A program made the translations under genes and the position numbers. The notes under the pieces were generated by a model. It was not told where the DNA came from, made no database searches, and worked only from the letters and a program-made list of their open reading frames with translations. This document shows positions 22,222 through 33,359 of a stretch of DNA of 64,000 bases, in pieces (position 1 is the stretch's first letter; each line of letters begins with the position of its first letter). The stretch is taken from NCBI GenBank assembly GCA_963837175.1, contig CAWIMJ010000039.1, positions 1-64,000 of the forward strand, written 5' to 3'. This DNA comes from an uncultured Nitrososphaeraceae archaeon (GTDB taxonomy: Archaea > Thermoproteota > Nitrososphaeria > Nitrososphaerales > Nitrososphaeraceae).

Positions 22222-22550
22222 GTTTTTTCCTGATATAATAGACTAATACAACATAAACTTCGATTTGTAAAATAATCAAATTTTAATATGCATTATAAAT
22301 ATTGAATCTTTTTACTCTAAACATATAGTCTAATAATTAAACAAAATCTATTTTTTACTCGTCCTTATTCAGATAGACTTAGATTTTATTTTATGAATCA
22401 AAACAAGCAATTGGATATAACAAGAAGGAGTGATGTGCATACCTCTATTTCAACATGGAATCTTGTCTTTATTTTGCTTTAGTTTCGAATCAGCATTTCT
22501 AATATCGAATATTTAATATTGTATACATATGCTAAATACATTGATTATAT

Positions 22551-22973
22551 ATGCCCATGAAAACTAAATCTACTTTTATTGATTATGATAGAGAACAAAA
22601 AAATGAAAAGTCACAATTCACTCTTAATGATATAGCACCACGATGGTCAAAAAGATTAGAACAAAAGAAGCTACCATTTCCTTTATCTTTAACATGGTTA
22701 CAGTGGTATTTTGAACTTGATTCTCCCTCTAAATGTATAGTGGGAGAAGCATATGGTTATTCAGCGTCATATGAAAAAGAATGTAAAGAATGTGATATAC
22801 TTGGTTGGCAATTTGGACACTCTTTTTTGATGCGTTCTAGATCAGGACTACAAAGAGATGTCAAGATATTTGTCGAACATTGGAATGAAAAGCATAATAT
22901 AGATACATACACAGAGAGAAGCAGAGGTCACAGGACTGCTATAAAGAATCAGAGATTATTAACTCAAAATTAA
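22551..22973 (+). CDS. hypothetical protein with Cys/His motif
   Basis: KCIVGEAYG...CKEC...FVEHWNEKH. Confidence 0.7.
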   Translation: MPMKTKSTFIDYDREQKNEKSQFTLNDIAPRWSKRLEQKKLPFPLSLTWLQWYFELDSPSKCIVGEAYGYSASYEKECKECDILGWQFGHSFLMRSRSGLQRDVKIFVEHWNEKHNIDTYTERSRGHRTAIKNQRLLTQN

Positions 22974-23472
22974 TCTATAAATAATAATAATTGATTCTCA
23001 TTATTTCCATTATATTCTATTGTTAATATAAGTTAATTTTTTAAAGTGTTCCGGCTACAAATGAATAAGTATTAATCCTCTCTTTAGTGAAATCATAAAT
23101 CTTTTTAACGAACTTTCTAACAAACCCTCCAATGTAAGCAGCCAACATATGGAGAGGATATACAAACGTCGTTTGTTGTAAGCATCTGTTTGCACTGTCT
23201 TCGTTCCTTATCACTTCTTAGATTGAGTACTACCTTATTAGATTTAAAATAGTGCTTTAACAATTCAGGACAGTACCTTTCCAAAATTTCGTTTAAGGCT
23301 ATATCTTTTGGAAAACTATTAAGAATATATTTTCTAGTGTATACTAGAAACCTTAGTTTAGAATGCACTCTAAAATATGGATAAGAAGCTTCAAGTCATT
23401 GAGAAATGAAGGTACATCCCGAATATTAAAATGATAAATAGAACATTCTGCATATAATAGTCAGCATAAGAA

Positions 23473-23613
23473 ATGTCTGATTCCAGCTCTTCATCTGATC
23501 CCAATGACAGTTATGTATGTAAAATATGTGGCCTTGCTTTCTTAACTCCTCAAGCTCTTGCAGCACATATAGATTCTGAACATCCAGACGCAGAACAACC
23601 TGAGATATTGTAA
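23473..23613 (+). CDS. 46 aa single C2H2 zinc-finger microprotein
   Basis: Translated by hand: ...YVCKICGLAFLTPQALAAHIDSEH... Confidence 0.75.
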   Translation: MSDSSSSSDPNDSYVCKICGLAFLTPQALAAHIDSEHPDAEQPEIL

Positions 23614-23719
23614 TATAATAGAGCATAATATGAAAACATCGCATTTAATGAAAATATTAAGTAATGCAATGTGGGATAATAATTTGTTAGTAATGTTGTT
23701 ATGAATTGTTAGTAACACC

Positions 23720-24711
23720 GGCTTTGTAGAAAACATGCTTTTGGATTCCGTCAAAGCTTTCTAGAATCATAATAGACTATGGATATTGAAGGAATCTAAG
23801 TATGTCAGACTAGCAAATACAATATGTATCGTGTTTTAAGGAATTCAAGAATACCACTGTTTCTTCATCGAAAGAGCAACCATGTATTTAGCATATGATG
23901 GCAGCATATAGTCTTGCTTGCTTACTATACGACAGTATGAAGGTAAGAGTTATAGGATGTTTGTACAATGGTTGATAGAAGCATATTATCTTAGAATATT
24001 TCTTTAATTATCCCATATTCCACATTATACTACTCTTCAGAAGTTTGCTGCAAGAATAAATGGTACATTATTGGAGAAGATAATTTCCTCATTCATATTT
24101 TACTACTTACAAATATCAGAAAAATATTTACTGGAATAGATTCATCTGGATTTAAAGCAACCCATGCTTCTCAGTACTATGCAGAGAGAACAAAACTAAG
24201 GAGAAGAAAATACATCAAATTATCGTTAGGAGCAGATGTACTGAAACAGATAATTTGTATCATTAAAATCAGACGTGCACCAAAACGACACGATAATATA
24301 GATTTCCAACCACTTATAATAAAGATAGCCAAAACCCTGCCATTATCTGTTGTTACAGCCAATAAAGGATATGATAGTGAAGTGAAGATAATCATATGTA
24401 TTAGTCAGGGAAATGCTCCATGCGTTCAGTGTTACACCACCCACCCAGATACCAACGGTGTATCAATATGGAGAACACACGGTAAAATATAGGATAGGAA
24501 AACAAATGAAGCGCGGCTATTGTAAGGTGCTTTATAATCAGAGAAACAAAAACGAAACCATAATATCAGTCATAAAACGATTGTTTGGAGAACACATTAC
24601 ATCAAGACTAGTGAGAACACAAAACAGGGAATTATCATTCAGATGCATAGCCTACAATACCCACAGATTAACTAACTAACCTTACTCTAATCACATGGTT
24701 TCTACAGAGCC
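23720..24711 (+). mobile_element. IS5-family insertion sequence with decayed transposase
   Basis: TIRs GGCTTTGTAGAAAACATG / GGCTCTGTAGAAACCATG, flanking direct repeat TAGTAACACC, fragments IPHYTTLQKF, GIDSSGF, NKGYDSE, YNQRNKNETI. Confidence 0.9.
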
Positions 24712-25611
24712 TAGTAACACCTAATCATTATATATACATATTTTGCAATCTTATCTGAAATAAATGTTGCTTATATCCGTCTTTATTATGATATGATGCA
24801 TCGTAAGCAGCAGCATCAATTGTTTTAGTATAACTATTTAGATAACTTTTTCCTTCTGTTTATACCATTTTAAACAGCTGGTATAGGGCCAAGCAATGAA
24901 GGTATTATGAAGGTAGTTACATACTCAGTTGGAGTAGGAGCATCTCTAAAGTTAGTAGTCAAGTTCGATCCATATCGAGAAACTGTATCGATTCGATGAT
25001 TATCTGAAGCCGATTGTAGGCCAGACCAACAATCAAACTCTCTGCTACTTTGATTTTATTTCGAAAGCTGCTGATGGTATATCATATGATACATTAAGAA
25101 AAACTTCACTTCCTGCCTAGTAATCTATATTAGATTTGGGAACATAAATTCTTGCATATTTATTACATCTTCAGATATGATAATGCTTTCGCCATCTTCT
25201 GCAATTACATTTATACATTGGACATCTCAATACAGAAAACTCGCTAATTGGAATTAAGATACTATATTAACACCACTCTCAGAAGAGGGAGTGAATGCAG
25301 TCAGAAAAATAGCAAAAGAAACATCAGAGATTAAGATCTCGTAGGAATTAAATTAAAGAAATACCACTCAACAAGAACAAGAGGTCCATATATTATTACT
25401 ATTATTATTATTTCTATCGCTAGGTTATTTGATGGTTACCATTCATATAGTGAATGGGTTCATACTTCAATCATTGTCACTTTCTTACCAGTATATATAG
25501 ACATATTACTTCTTACCTGATATCCACTATCTTCTAAAGCCTGGCTAAAAAAGTCATGTCATGCTCATCATCTATTACTATACTCTCTTTTTCATATTTT
25601 ATCCATCTCTT

Positions 25612-27339
25612 CTACTTTGATGACCTTATAATGGTAGAATTATCGCCTAGCGGAAGGCTGAAAATGAAAGTAGCTCCCTTTTTTCCGTTGTGGTTGTTTT
25701 CAGCCCATACCTTTCCATCATGAGCTTCCACAATACTTTTAGCAATAAATAATCCTAATCCAGTCCCTTGATAAGACTTTGAAACAAATTTGGAAAATAG
25801 TTGTGGTAATATTTCTGGATCTATACCTTCACCAGTATCTTTAATACTTACAAAAACCTGACCATCTTTCTTTTCTGCAATAATAGATACTGTACCTCGC
25901 TTTGTGAATTTAATAGCGTTATTTAAAAAATTGGAAATGACGCGAGTTAATTGCTGCTTATCTGCTTCTAAGAAAATATGCTGGGGTTTGTACAATAATT
26001 TTATATTTGTATTTTTAAAAAAGTCCTTACTTATTATTATATCATCTATAGTATTTGTTATTACATCATTTAGATTGCATCTTTCCTTGTTTAGTTTTAG
26101 CGAATGGCTTTCTATTTTTGTGACATCTAGTATGTTTTCTGTAAGGCGTTTTAGTCTTTTTGCATTTCTTATAATAACATCGATATATTCACGCTCTTTA
26201 AAATTTACTTTAGGCCGGATAAACTCAGATAAACCAAGTATAGGCTGTATAGGTGTTCGCAGTTCATGAGCTGCTATATTGATAAAATCATCTTTCATCT
26301 TATCTGATTCTTTTAACTTCTCTAATTGAGAGCGAATTATTTCTTCTCTTTCTATTAAATTCCAATTAGCTTCTTTTAATTTTTCATTATATTGAATACT
26401 TGATAGTGCCAATCCAATAATATTAACAAAATAGGCTGCATCCTTTAAAGCATGAGCTACGTTATGTGCTGTATCAAATGAGGTAGTAGAATATGACATT
26501 ATAATTTGTCCAAAAATATCTATAACTAGTGAACCTACTATTCCTTTATAGAAAACATCACTTTTCTTATAAAGTTGATTTTTATAAAAATAAAATAAAG
26601 CTACAAAAAATAAAGCAAGTCCAGGCAGCTCATAGGGCCTATGTATAGGAAAATCATCTATTACAGAACCAGGATAAATTATAAAAAGTGAACTAAGTGC
26701 TACGTACGCAAAACCAATAGTAAGTATAACTAGAGATGCAACAAGGAATTTTGGTATTTTTTGTTTTTTGTTGTTATCTTCTCGCAGAGATGGTAGTAGT
26801 GGTAAGGATTCTGCTGCTTGTAGGCGGCGGCCTGATGATGATGGTGGTGGTGGTGATGGTAAGGAGGTAGAACTAATAATAGGTGATGAGGATGAGGAAG
26901 ATGATTTCTTAGAAATTCCAGAAGCAGTTAATGCAGGATATGCTGCAATTGCTATTGCGAACATAGCACTGAGAAATGTTCTTCCTGCAAACCATGTCTG
27001 TGGTATAAAGTACTTGAGAAAGAGAAATTCATCCATAAAAGTATAAGATACTATGACATGCAACAAGTCAATTAAAGCGTTAACAAGAAATCCTATACCT
27101 ATAAACAAACTGAACTTATCATTTAATGTATAAGCACGTGCCATGTAGTAAAATGATAAAATAGCAGCAAGTAAAACTGCAAACAACTCAATATAAAAAT
27201 GATGAATTTCAGATGTCATCCATGTATTAGAATTAAAAGATAGAATAGCTATTATTGAAAGAGGAATTGAGGGTACAAGTGTGTATTTGATTAGAGTATC
27301 GTACTTACCAAATTGCAGATTGAACAATGAATTATGCAT
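25612..27339 (-). CDS. membrane sensor histidine kinase (MASE3-like input)
   Basis: Multi-TM N-terminus; AAHELRTPIQP H-box, NNAIKF, DTGEG, GTGLGL. Confidence 0.92.
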   Translation of the reverse strand: MHNSLFNLQFGKYDTLIKYTLVPSIPLSIIAILSFNSNTWMTSEIHHFYIELFAVLLAAILSFYYMARAYTLNDKFSLFIGIGFLVNALIDLLHVIVSYTFMDEFLFLKYFIPQTWFAGRTFLSAMFAIAIAAYPALTASGISKKSSSSSSSPIISSTSLPSPPPPSSSGRRLQAAESLPLLPSLREDNNKKQKIPKFLVASLVILTIGFAYVALSSLFIIYPGSVIDDFPIHRPYELPGLALFFVALFYFYKNQLYKKSDVFYKGIVGSLVIDIFGQIIMSYSTTSFDTAHNVAHALKDAAYFVNIIGLALSSIQYNEKLKEANWNLIEREEIIRSQLEKLKESDKMKDDFINIAAHELRTPIQPILGLSEFIRPKVNFKEREYIDVIIRNAKRLKRLTENILDVTKIESHSLKLNKERCNLNDVITNTIDDIIISKDFFKNTNIKLLYKPQHIFLEADKQQLTRVISNFLNNAIKFTKRGTVSIIAEKKDGQVFVSIKDTGEGIDPEILPQLFSKFVSKSYQGTGLGLFIAKSIVEAHDGKVWAENNHNGKKGATFIFSLPLGDNSTIIRSSK

Positions 27340-27406
27340 CGACGATTCTTCTTCCTCCTCTTATTTACTCTCTTGCTACTACTAATACATATACTATTTT
27401 TGATTA

Positions 27407-28468
27407 TTATTGCATTAATGCATGTACGGTAGGGTCAACCCTTCTAGACTCAGTCATAGTAAAGCAATGGGTTGACATAAACAGATCTGCTCCGCCAAGC
27501 CTTTTTTCCCACTTTGATAGCATATCGTCCATACATTTTTTGTTGATGGCATCAATATATTTGGAGAAAATCAACCTTGGGTTATCGAAATGTCTTGGCT
27601 TGCAATCTTGCTAAAAGTGACGTTCTGATTGGCTATAGCAGCTGCCTTTTCCAAGTCAGATACAAACTCCTTCTGTACCATAACATCATTTCTTGTTCCA
27701 AGTCTTGTAAGGTGACCAGCGACAATTGTATCAAAGTCATAATCGTTTAAGGCTATATCATGAGCTTTGATAAAGCCAGCGGTATCTTTAGCTATCGCTA
27801 AATATGGAAATGGAATCCATCCAGGAAATATTATATCAACTAGCATGAGCACTTTTTGTTTTGGAGTATAGATGAACATGTTTCCAGGTACATGATTATT
27901 GCTATAGTAGTCCATCTGTAGTATTTGATTTCCAATATTCAGAGTCATATTCTTAGAGAAGGTTGAAGTAGGAGTTGGTGGCAGTAGTACCATAGAAGCA
28001 TTCTTAGCCACACTTTTTGCCCTTTGTAATTCATCTGCTGTTTCTTGTTGAGCTATAAAAGTAGCATTCTTTGGAAACATTCCTGCAGCACCAATATGGT
28101 CTAGATGATAATGACTGTAGATTACATGTGTAACTGGTTTATCAGTCACTTCTGATATGGCTTTAAGATAATTCTTTCCCATAGTTGTGGGGCATCAATT
28201 GCTACAACGCCTTTGTCTGTTACCACAACATAGTATTATAACTACCATCTGTAACCCAATACAACTGATCGCGTATTTCTTGAACTAAATATCCTTTTGT
28301 AGATGGTATTGTAGGTTCTTTTGCTGTTTGAGGTATTTGGAGTAATGTTGTTGCTGTTGTTGTTGTATTGCTACTAGTATTATTACTGCTAGATTGCTTT
28401 TTTACCTCTGCGGCAATAAACTTCAGATAAGTCTTTTCATCATCATCAAGCAATGGTAGCTTCATCAC
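27407..28468 (-). pseudogene. MBL-fold metallo-hydrolase, frameshifted
   Basis: YWVTDGSYN, YSHYHLDHIG, VAGH spread across three or more frames. Confidence 0.8.
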
Positions 28469-28469
28469 A

Positions 28470-28585
28470 AAATGAGGATCTTATGGTTCAGCCGATGGAC
28501 AGTTTAATACTCCCAATGGCATCGCTATAGATTCCTCAGGTTATGTTTACGTAGCCGATGATAATCATCGTATTCTCAGATATAA
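28470..28585 (+). pseudogene. single NHL-repeat fragment
   Basis: GSYGSADGQFNTPNGIAIDSSGYVYVADDNHRI. Confidence 0.7.
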
Positions 28586-28736
28586 AAAAACGCAAATATA
28601 AAAATCCATTTAAACTATGAAAATATTAAGCATTATGCTTCGACTTTAGGAATGCAAAAGTTGTTTTTTTGGAACAAAAAGTATTACTTATTTTTGTTTC
28701 GATACAATTCTTTTTCTTCGCTTTTACTATGTTGAA

Positions 28737-28900
28737 TTATCTCTCTGCATTCACTTCGAAGATATCGTTTAACTTCTTCAGGAATAGCAAAGTCATCACA
28801 GGTTGGAGATAGACAGCAGGATAAGAGCCCCTAAGAATGTCAGCTGCAGCCCATAAATGAGCCTTTAAGAATTCAAAGGTTATTTTTTGGTTAAATAAGG
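28737..28900 (-). pseudogene. N-terminal fragment of type I restriction-modification M subunit
   Basis: LKAHLWAAADILRG...LLFLKKLNDIF then stop. Confidence 0.75.
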
Positions 28901-29066
28901 TATAGTTAACTGGTTTAGAGGACGATTCTTGTTGTTCTTTCTTGGCTAATTCAGACCACTTTATCCCTTTTTTAATTAAATAATGTCGGTTGACTTTAAC
29001 CGTTTCTCTTAAAAAAGAGCCTTTCTGCAAAAAAGCATTTAGACTACATGGAAGAATTACATATTA

Positions 29067-29531
29067 TTGCGGATTTTCTCTATAAATGGAACCAAACTTA
29101 CTGAAGTAAGAGAGCAGCAATTTCCATTAGAGAGTGAAATCCAGCGGTTAACTGAGTCGAATCTGCATAATCTATTTGAGCTTGATTTTGTAAAAGCAGA
29201 GTTTGAACTTCATGGTTTGAGAATAGACACTCTTGCATTTGATGAAGAATCCAAGGCTTTTGTTATAATAGAGTACAAAAAGGATAGGAATTTCTCAGTT
29301 GTAGACCAGGGTATGGCTTATCTTAATCTTATGCTCAATAACAAAGCCGATTTTATATTAGAGTATAATAAAAGCTCCTATTCATCTCACAATTTAAAAC
29401 GTGAAGAGGTAGATTGGTCGCAGTCAAGAATAATTTTCATCTCACCAGAGCATACTACCTATGCCTTGTCCTATCATTTTTTGTACCATAAATCCAATTA
29501 TCACACGCCTAGTATATTTTTAGGGATGTGA
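29067..29531 (+). pseudogene. truncated PD-(D/E)xK nuclease-like protein (NucS-like N-terminus of DUF5655-type proteins)
   Basis: LESEIQ, RIDTLAFDE, VIIEYKK, DQGMAY; family-like sequence ends near IFISP. Confidence 0.65.
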
Positions 29532-29594
29532 TAATACTCTAGAAGACAATAATTATAGTTTTATTATTGTCCTAATTTACATTCTACCTACAAT

Positions 29595-30323
29595 ATGGCA
29601 GCAACAGATGATGACGCATCCGCTATGATAATAGCTGATATATTAGAGATATGTAAGAATGGGTACAAAAAAGATAAGATAATAGAAGAAACGCATTTGT
29701 CTCACGATCAGTTAAGAAGAATTACAGCAGAGATGGTAGACAAAGAGTTCTTGCATTATATTGAAAATCAGGCAGCCTATATTACAACAGATAAGGGATA
29801 CATATTTCTTGCTAGAAGACAACAATCGAATACCCTGCAAACTAATTCCAAGGTAGTTGATAAAAAAATTAAGACTAAAGAAGGATTAAATTCAATAGCA
29901 AGCAAGCAAAACATAATACACAGAAAAATACAACTATGGACTAACAGATATCAAAACGAATTTGCCATAAGAGTAACAGCGGATTCAGCAATATTAACAT
30001 CTGATGACAGCAAGATTTTTCTTGCATCTACAAATCCTAAAGAAGATTATATTACAGTAGTAGCAGAGACAGACTATTTTAAAGATGTAAAGCATGGATG
30101 GGAATACACTCTAAGTCATTTGATCAAACAATATAAACAGGAGATTCATACCACGTCTTTACGAAAGAATATCTCAACTAATAAGGCAAATAATATAAAC
30201 AAAGAAAATAACAATAATACAATTTCTATTAGACTGATTCCATACATTAAATGCCAATATTGCAATTCAGAATTTAATACTGAAAAAGAAAAGAAAGAAC
30301 ATGAATTAGAATGGCATGTCTAA
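29595..30323 (+). CDS. winged-helix protein with C-terminal C2H2 zinc finger
   Basis: IIADILEIC...YITTDKGYIFL wHTH; CQYCNSEFNTEKEKKEHELEWH. Confidence 0.75.
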   Translation: MAATDDDASAMIIADILEICKNGYKKDKIIEETHLSHDQLRRITAEMVDKEFLHYIENQAAYITTDKGYIFLARRQQSNTLQTNSKVVDKKIKTKEGLNSIASKQNIIHRKIQLWTNRYQNEFAIRVTADSAILTSDDSKIFLASTNPKEDYITVVAETDYFKDVKHGWEYTLSHLIKQYKQEIHTTSLRKNISTNKANNINKENNNNTISIRLIPYIKCQYCNSEFNTEKEKKEHELEWHV

Positions 30324-30438
30324 GACAAATCAGATGACTTCTTTTGCAATGTTTAAGAGGATAGAAGCATACTCATATTTCTAAAGTTAATTCATCTTCA
30401 TTCAATCCAATCTTTTTTAATGGTATTATTCTTTGGAT

Positions 30439-30978
30439 TCAAGTAATTCGGAGGGGTAGGGGTTTTTGCTGTTTTGAAGGTGCTGATTTACTACTATTAC
30501 CTTGCATTCCTGAACGAATTATTTCTAACAAATCTTCTGCCTTATTCTTTGGAATAGCTTCAATTACTCCACCTTGATCATCTTCACCATCAACTATACT
30601 GTCCATCATTCCAAGTCTAGTTGAGCTCATTAATGCTGGGGCTTTGAATCTAGTTGTAGATGAAAGTAATCCTTTTTCCAGTTTTATACTTGTAATTATG
30701 TCATATGGAATATCTACTACATTTTCTTTTATTCCAAGCATATATGGATCTCTAATAATGATTCTTCTATCTGTTGCATAGATGATATTTGGTGTGAAAT
30801 GGGAACCTCCTGGCTTTATCCTTGACTGTCTAGCAACAAGTAATACTCTTTCTTCTGGATTTAGTATTTCAGTTATTTTACTAATTTCATCCAAATCATC
30901 TCTATCTGCAAGGGGCTTTTTAATAGGAGAAGGAATTTCTTCTTTGTCACCACCAAATCCAAAAGGCATATTATACAA
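30439..30978 (-). CDS. bacterial-type PH domain protein, possibly C-terminally truncated
   Basis: LNPEERVLLVARQ, IYATDRRIII, DIPYDIITSIKLEKGLLSS. Confidence 0.8.
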   Translation of the reverse strand: MYNMPFGFGGDKEEIPSPIKKPLADRDDLDEISKITEILNPEERVLLVARQSRIKPGGSHFTPNIIYATDRRIIIRDPYMLGIKENVVDIPYDIITSIKLEKGLLSSTTRFKAPALMSSTRLGMMDSIVDGEDDQGGVIEAIPKNKAEDLLEIIRSGMQGNSSKSAPSKQQKPLPLRIT

Positions 30979-31300
30979 TCTAGCCTTAGAAAGTCATATT
31001 TAAGAAATACGTTAGCCCAAATTTGATATATAGCGTTAACAGAAATGTAAGCAGTAAAAGCTAACTACTTTTTATTTTTTAGAGTATATTTTCACATATA
31101 ATCCATTTTTTAATAGTTTAATCTAGTTTCTTACTCTTTTACTTCTGCAAGCCATTTTTGGTTAGTCAAATAAAACATCATTATCAGCAGGTATTATTAT
31201 ATTTGTTAGAATGTAAGAGACATATTTGACTATTTTTAAACTAAGATGTACATTTAAGAAGCATTTTATTTTCTGTAGTAATATATAATATTTTATTATT

Positions 31301-31426
31301 ATGCAAATCAGGTGTGCAGATTGCGGCTGTTTACCAGAAGAATGTAACTCTAGTAAATCAAAGCTAGAATGCTTAAATTGCATTAATGATGAATGTTGAT
31401 GTTGGGTTACTATCACAAACAAGTAA
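31301..31426 (+). CDS. Cys-rich metallothionein-like micro-ORF with in-frame TGA at codon 33
   Basis: MQIRCADCGCLPEECNSSKSKLECLNCINDEC*CWVTITNK*; aligns with the aquaporin tail at ~47830-47960. Confidence 0.65.
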
Positions 31427-31502
31427 TATTTACAGAATCTTAGCAATGTTAGTATTTCATGGGAGTTGACTAGAATTCTTCATGGAAAAAGATAATACGC
31501 AT

Positions 31503-32410
31503 ATCTTTATTCCCAATCCTCTCTCCATTTCAATGATTCTATGAAGTCTCCATTTAACTCACTTCTTTAAAGTTTCATGATGTTTTTAGTTTACGGAAGA
31601 TGAAGAAATAACGCTAATTTGGTATAAACAAAATCCTTTTTATCAATGATATAGTTTAGAATAATTATTATAGTTTAGCCATATAATATATCAACTACTA
31701 CTATATGGCTATATGTCCAGTACAAGGAGAAACTTTTCCAAAATATTAGTAGCAATAGATGGCTCAGAAATATCTATGAAAGCAGCAGTTTACGCTATAA
31801 ATATAGCTAATAGAAAAGGAAATGAAGCCGGAAGTATACAATTAATTGGAGTAACTGTAATAGATTTAACCAAGCTAAGCCATTCGTTCTTCGCTACAGC
31901 ATCAGGCTACTATGAAGCAAAAGAATTAGAAGAAAAAAGAAAAGAAGCTCAGAGATGGTTAGATAAAGTTGAAAAATTAGTAGTCAATGAAGAACATAAT
32001 AATAATGGTGTCAACAATATTCAGTTTAAATCAGAAATTATTGAAGATCCAACATCAAAAGTAGGATCTGTGCTAGTAGATTATGCTGAGCGTGAGAATG
32101 TTGATTTAATTGTAATTGGTACAAGAGGTAGAACAGGATTTAAGAAGATGCTGCTTGGAAGTGTTGCATCAGATGTTGTAACATATGCACATTGTCCTGT
32201 ATTAGTAGTAAAGTGAAGTTAATGTATCTTTATTATTATTGTATTTTGCCAATTATTCTAGGATGTTAACAATTCAAACCAATAGGTGAAGTTTTGAGAT
32301 CACAATAGAAGACAATTTCAGGTTCTCTTTTGTCTGTTTAAAACGTGGGATAAAGGTTTGACTCTACTATTGAGTCTACTATTTTGCAACATGCTTAATC
32401 GACTGTTTTC
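31503..32410 (+). repeat. left copy of ~0.9 kb inverted duplication (USP locus)
   Basis: Reverse complement of 39904-40818, from ATCTTTATTCCCAATCC to TTAATCGACTGTT, including non-coding flanks. Confidence 0.92.
31713..32216 (+). CDS. universal stress protein
   Basis: KILVAIDGSE, DLIVIGTRGRTG..LLGSVA, HCPVLVVK. Confidence 0.95.
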   Translation: MSSTRRNFSKILVAIDGSEISMKAAVYAINIANRKGNEAGSIQLIGVTVIDLTKLSHSFFATASGYYEAKELEEKRKEAQRWLDKVEKLVVNEEHNNNGVNNIQFKSEIIEDPTSKVGSVLVDYAERENVDLIVIGTRGRTGFKKMLLGSVASDVVTYAHCPVLVVK

Positions 32411-32899
32411 TAATAAAATGCTAATAATATACTGTTAAGAACAAGGAATGAATTGTAAGTATTTTAATACTAATGGCAACACTAGGAGGACTTGCTTCTG
32501 ATATTATCAAATCAATCAGCAACATCGCCTTTACTATTATCATATATTTCTGACTCTTCCTTTAGATAGATATCACTTTGATTTGATGGGTTTTGGAATA
32601 TAGATGATGACGGCTGCAATGCTGGTTTAGGATTGGAAGAAGCATTAGCAATAGAATTATTTACAATGCTTCAACAATTCCTATAAGAAATTATTATGGA
32701 GAATAGAAAGTCCATGATATTAAGTGTAAGTTATTTTCTATATATTTTCATGCTAGTTATACGTATAGTTACCATAAATAGCATATTTGCTTAGATCACA
32801 GCAAAAAGTTACAAATGCTACAGAAGTTACAAATGACCATATATTTAATACATTAAGAAAAGATGGAGCAATATACAATTTACAACAGAATACAACTTT

Positions 32900-33332
32900 G
32901 CCTGCAGGAAAAGATATGACATACGTTGACGCAACTGATAGAAGGAAAAGTTGTTGTTGCGACAAGCAGTGCAGATAATCAAACCTTTATCTTTAACAGT
33001 ACTGATAAAAATATGATGGCTAAAATAAAAGTTGGCGACGTTCCAAAAGATATTAAAGATATCGCCTAATAGAAGAAAATTATGTCTTTGTTGCTAATGA
33101 GTTGCCTGGAACTATCAGCATAATTAACTTCAAGGATTTAAGTGTTATAAAGGAGATCTACGTTGGTCAAGTATCCCATAATATTGTATTTCCACCTGAT
33201 GGACTAAAGGGATATGTAACAGTTCAAGGAGAAGATAAGGTTGTTGTTATAAATACTAATAGTTTAGAAATTATTTCAAGGATTCCAACAGGAAATATTC
33301 CATTCTGGATATCAGTATCTGGAAATACTTAA
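32900..33332 (+). pseudogene. YVTN/YncE beta-propeller remnant
   Basis: IKVGDVPK, VFVANELPGTISII, PDGLKGYVTVQGEDKVVVI with frameshifts. Confidence 0.65.
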
Positions 33333-33359
33333 CTTGCTTTATGTATTTTTATTTATTAT

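Noticed and set aside
31397-31399. Selenocysteine recoding of the TGA in the Cys-rich micro-ORF
   Set aside because: No SECIS recognised and lineage not known to use Sec; point mutation is simpler
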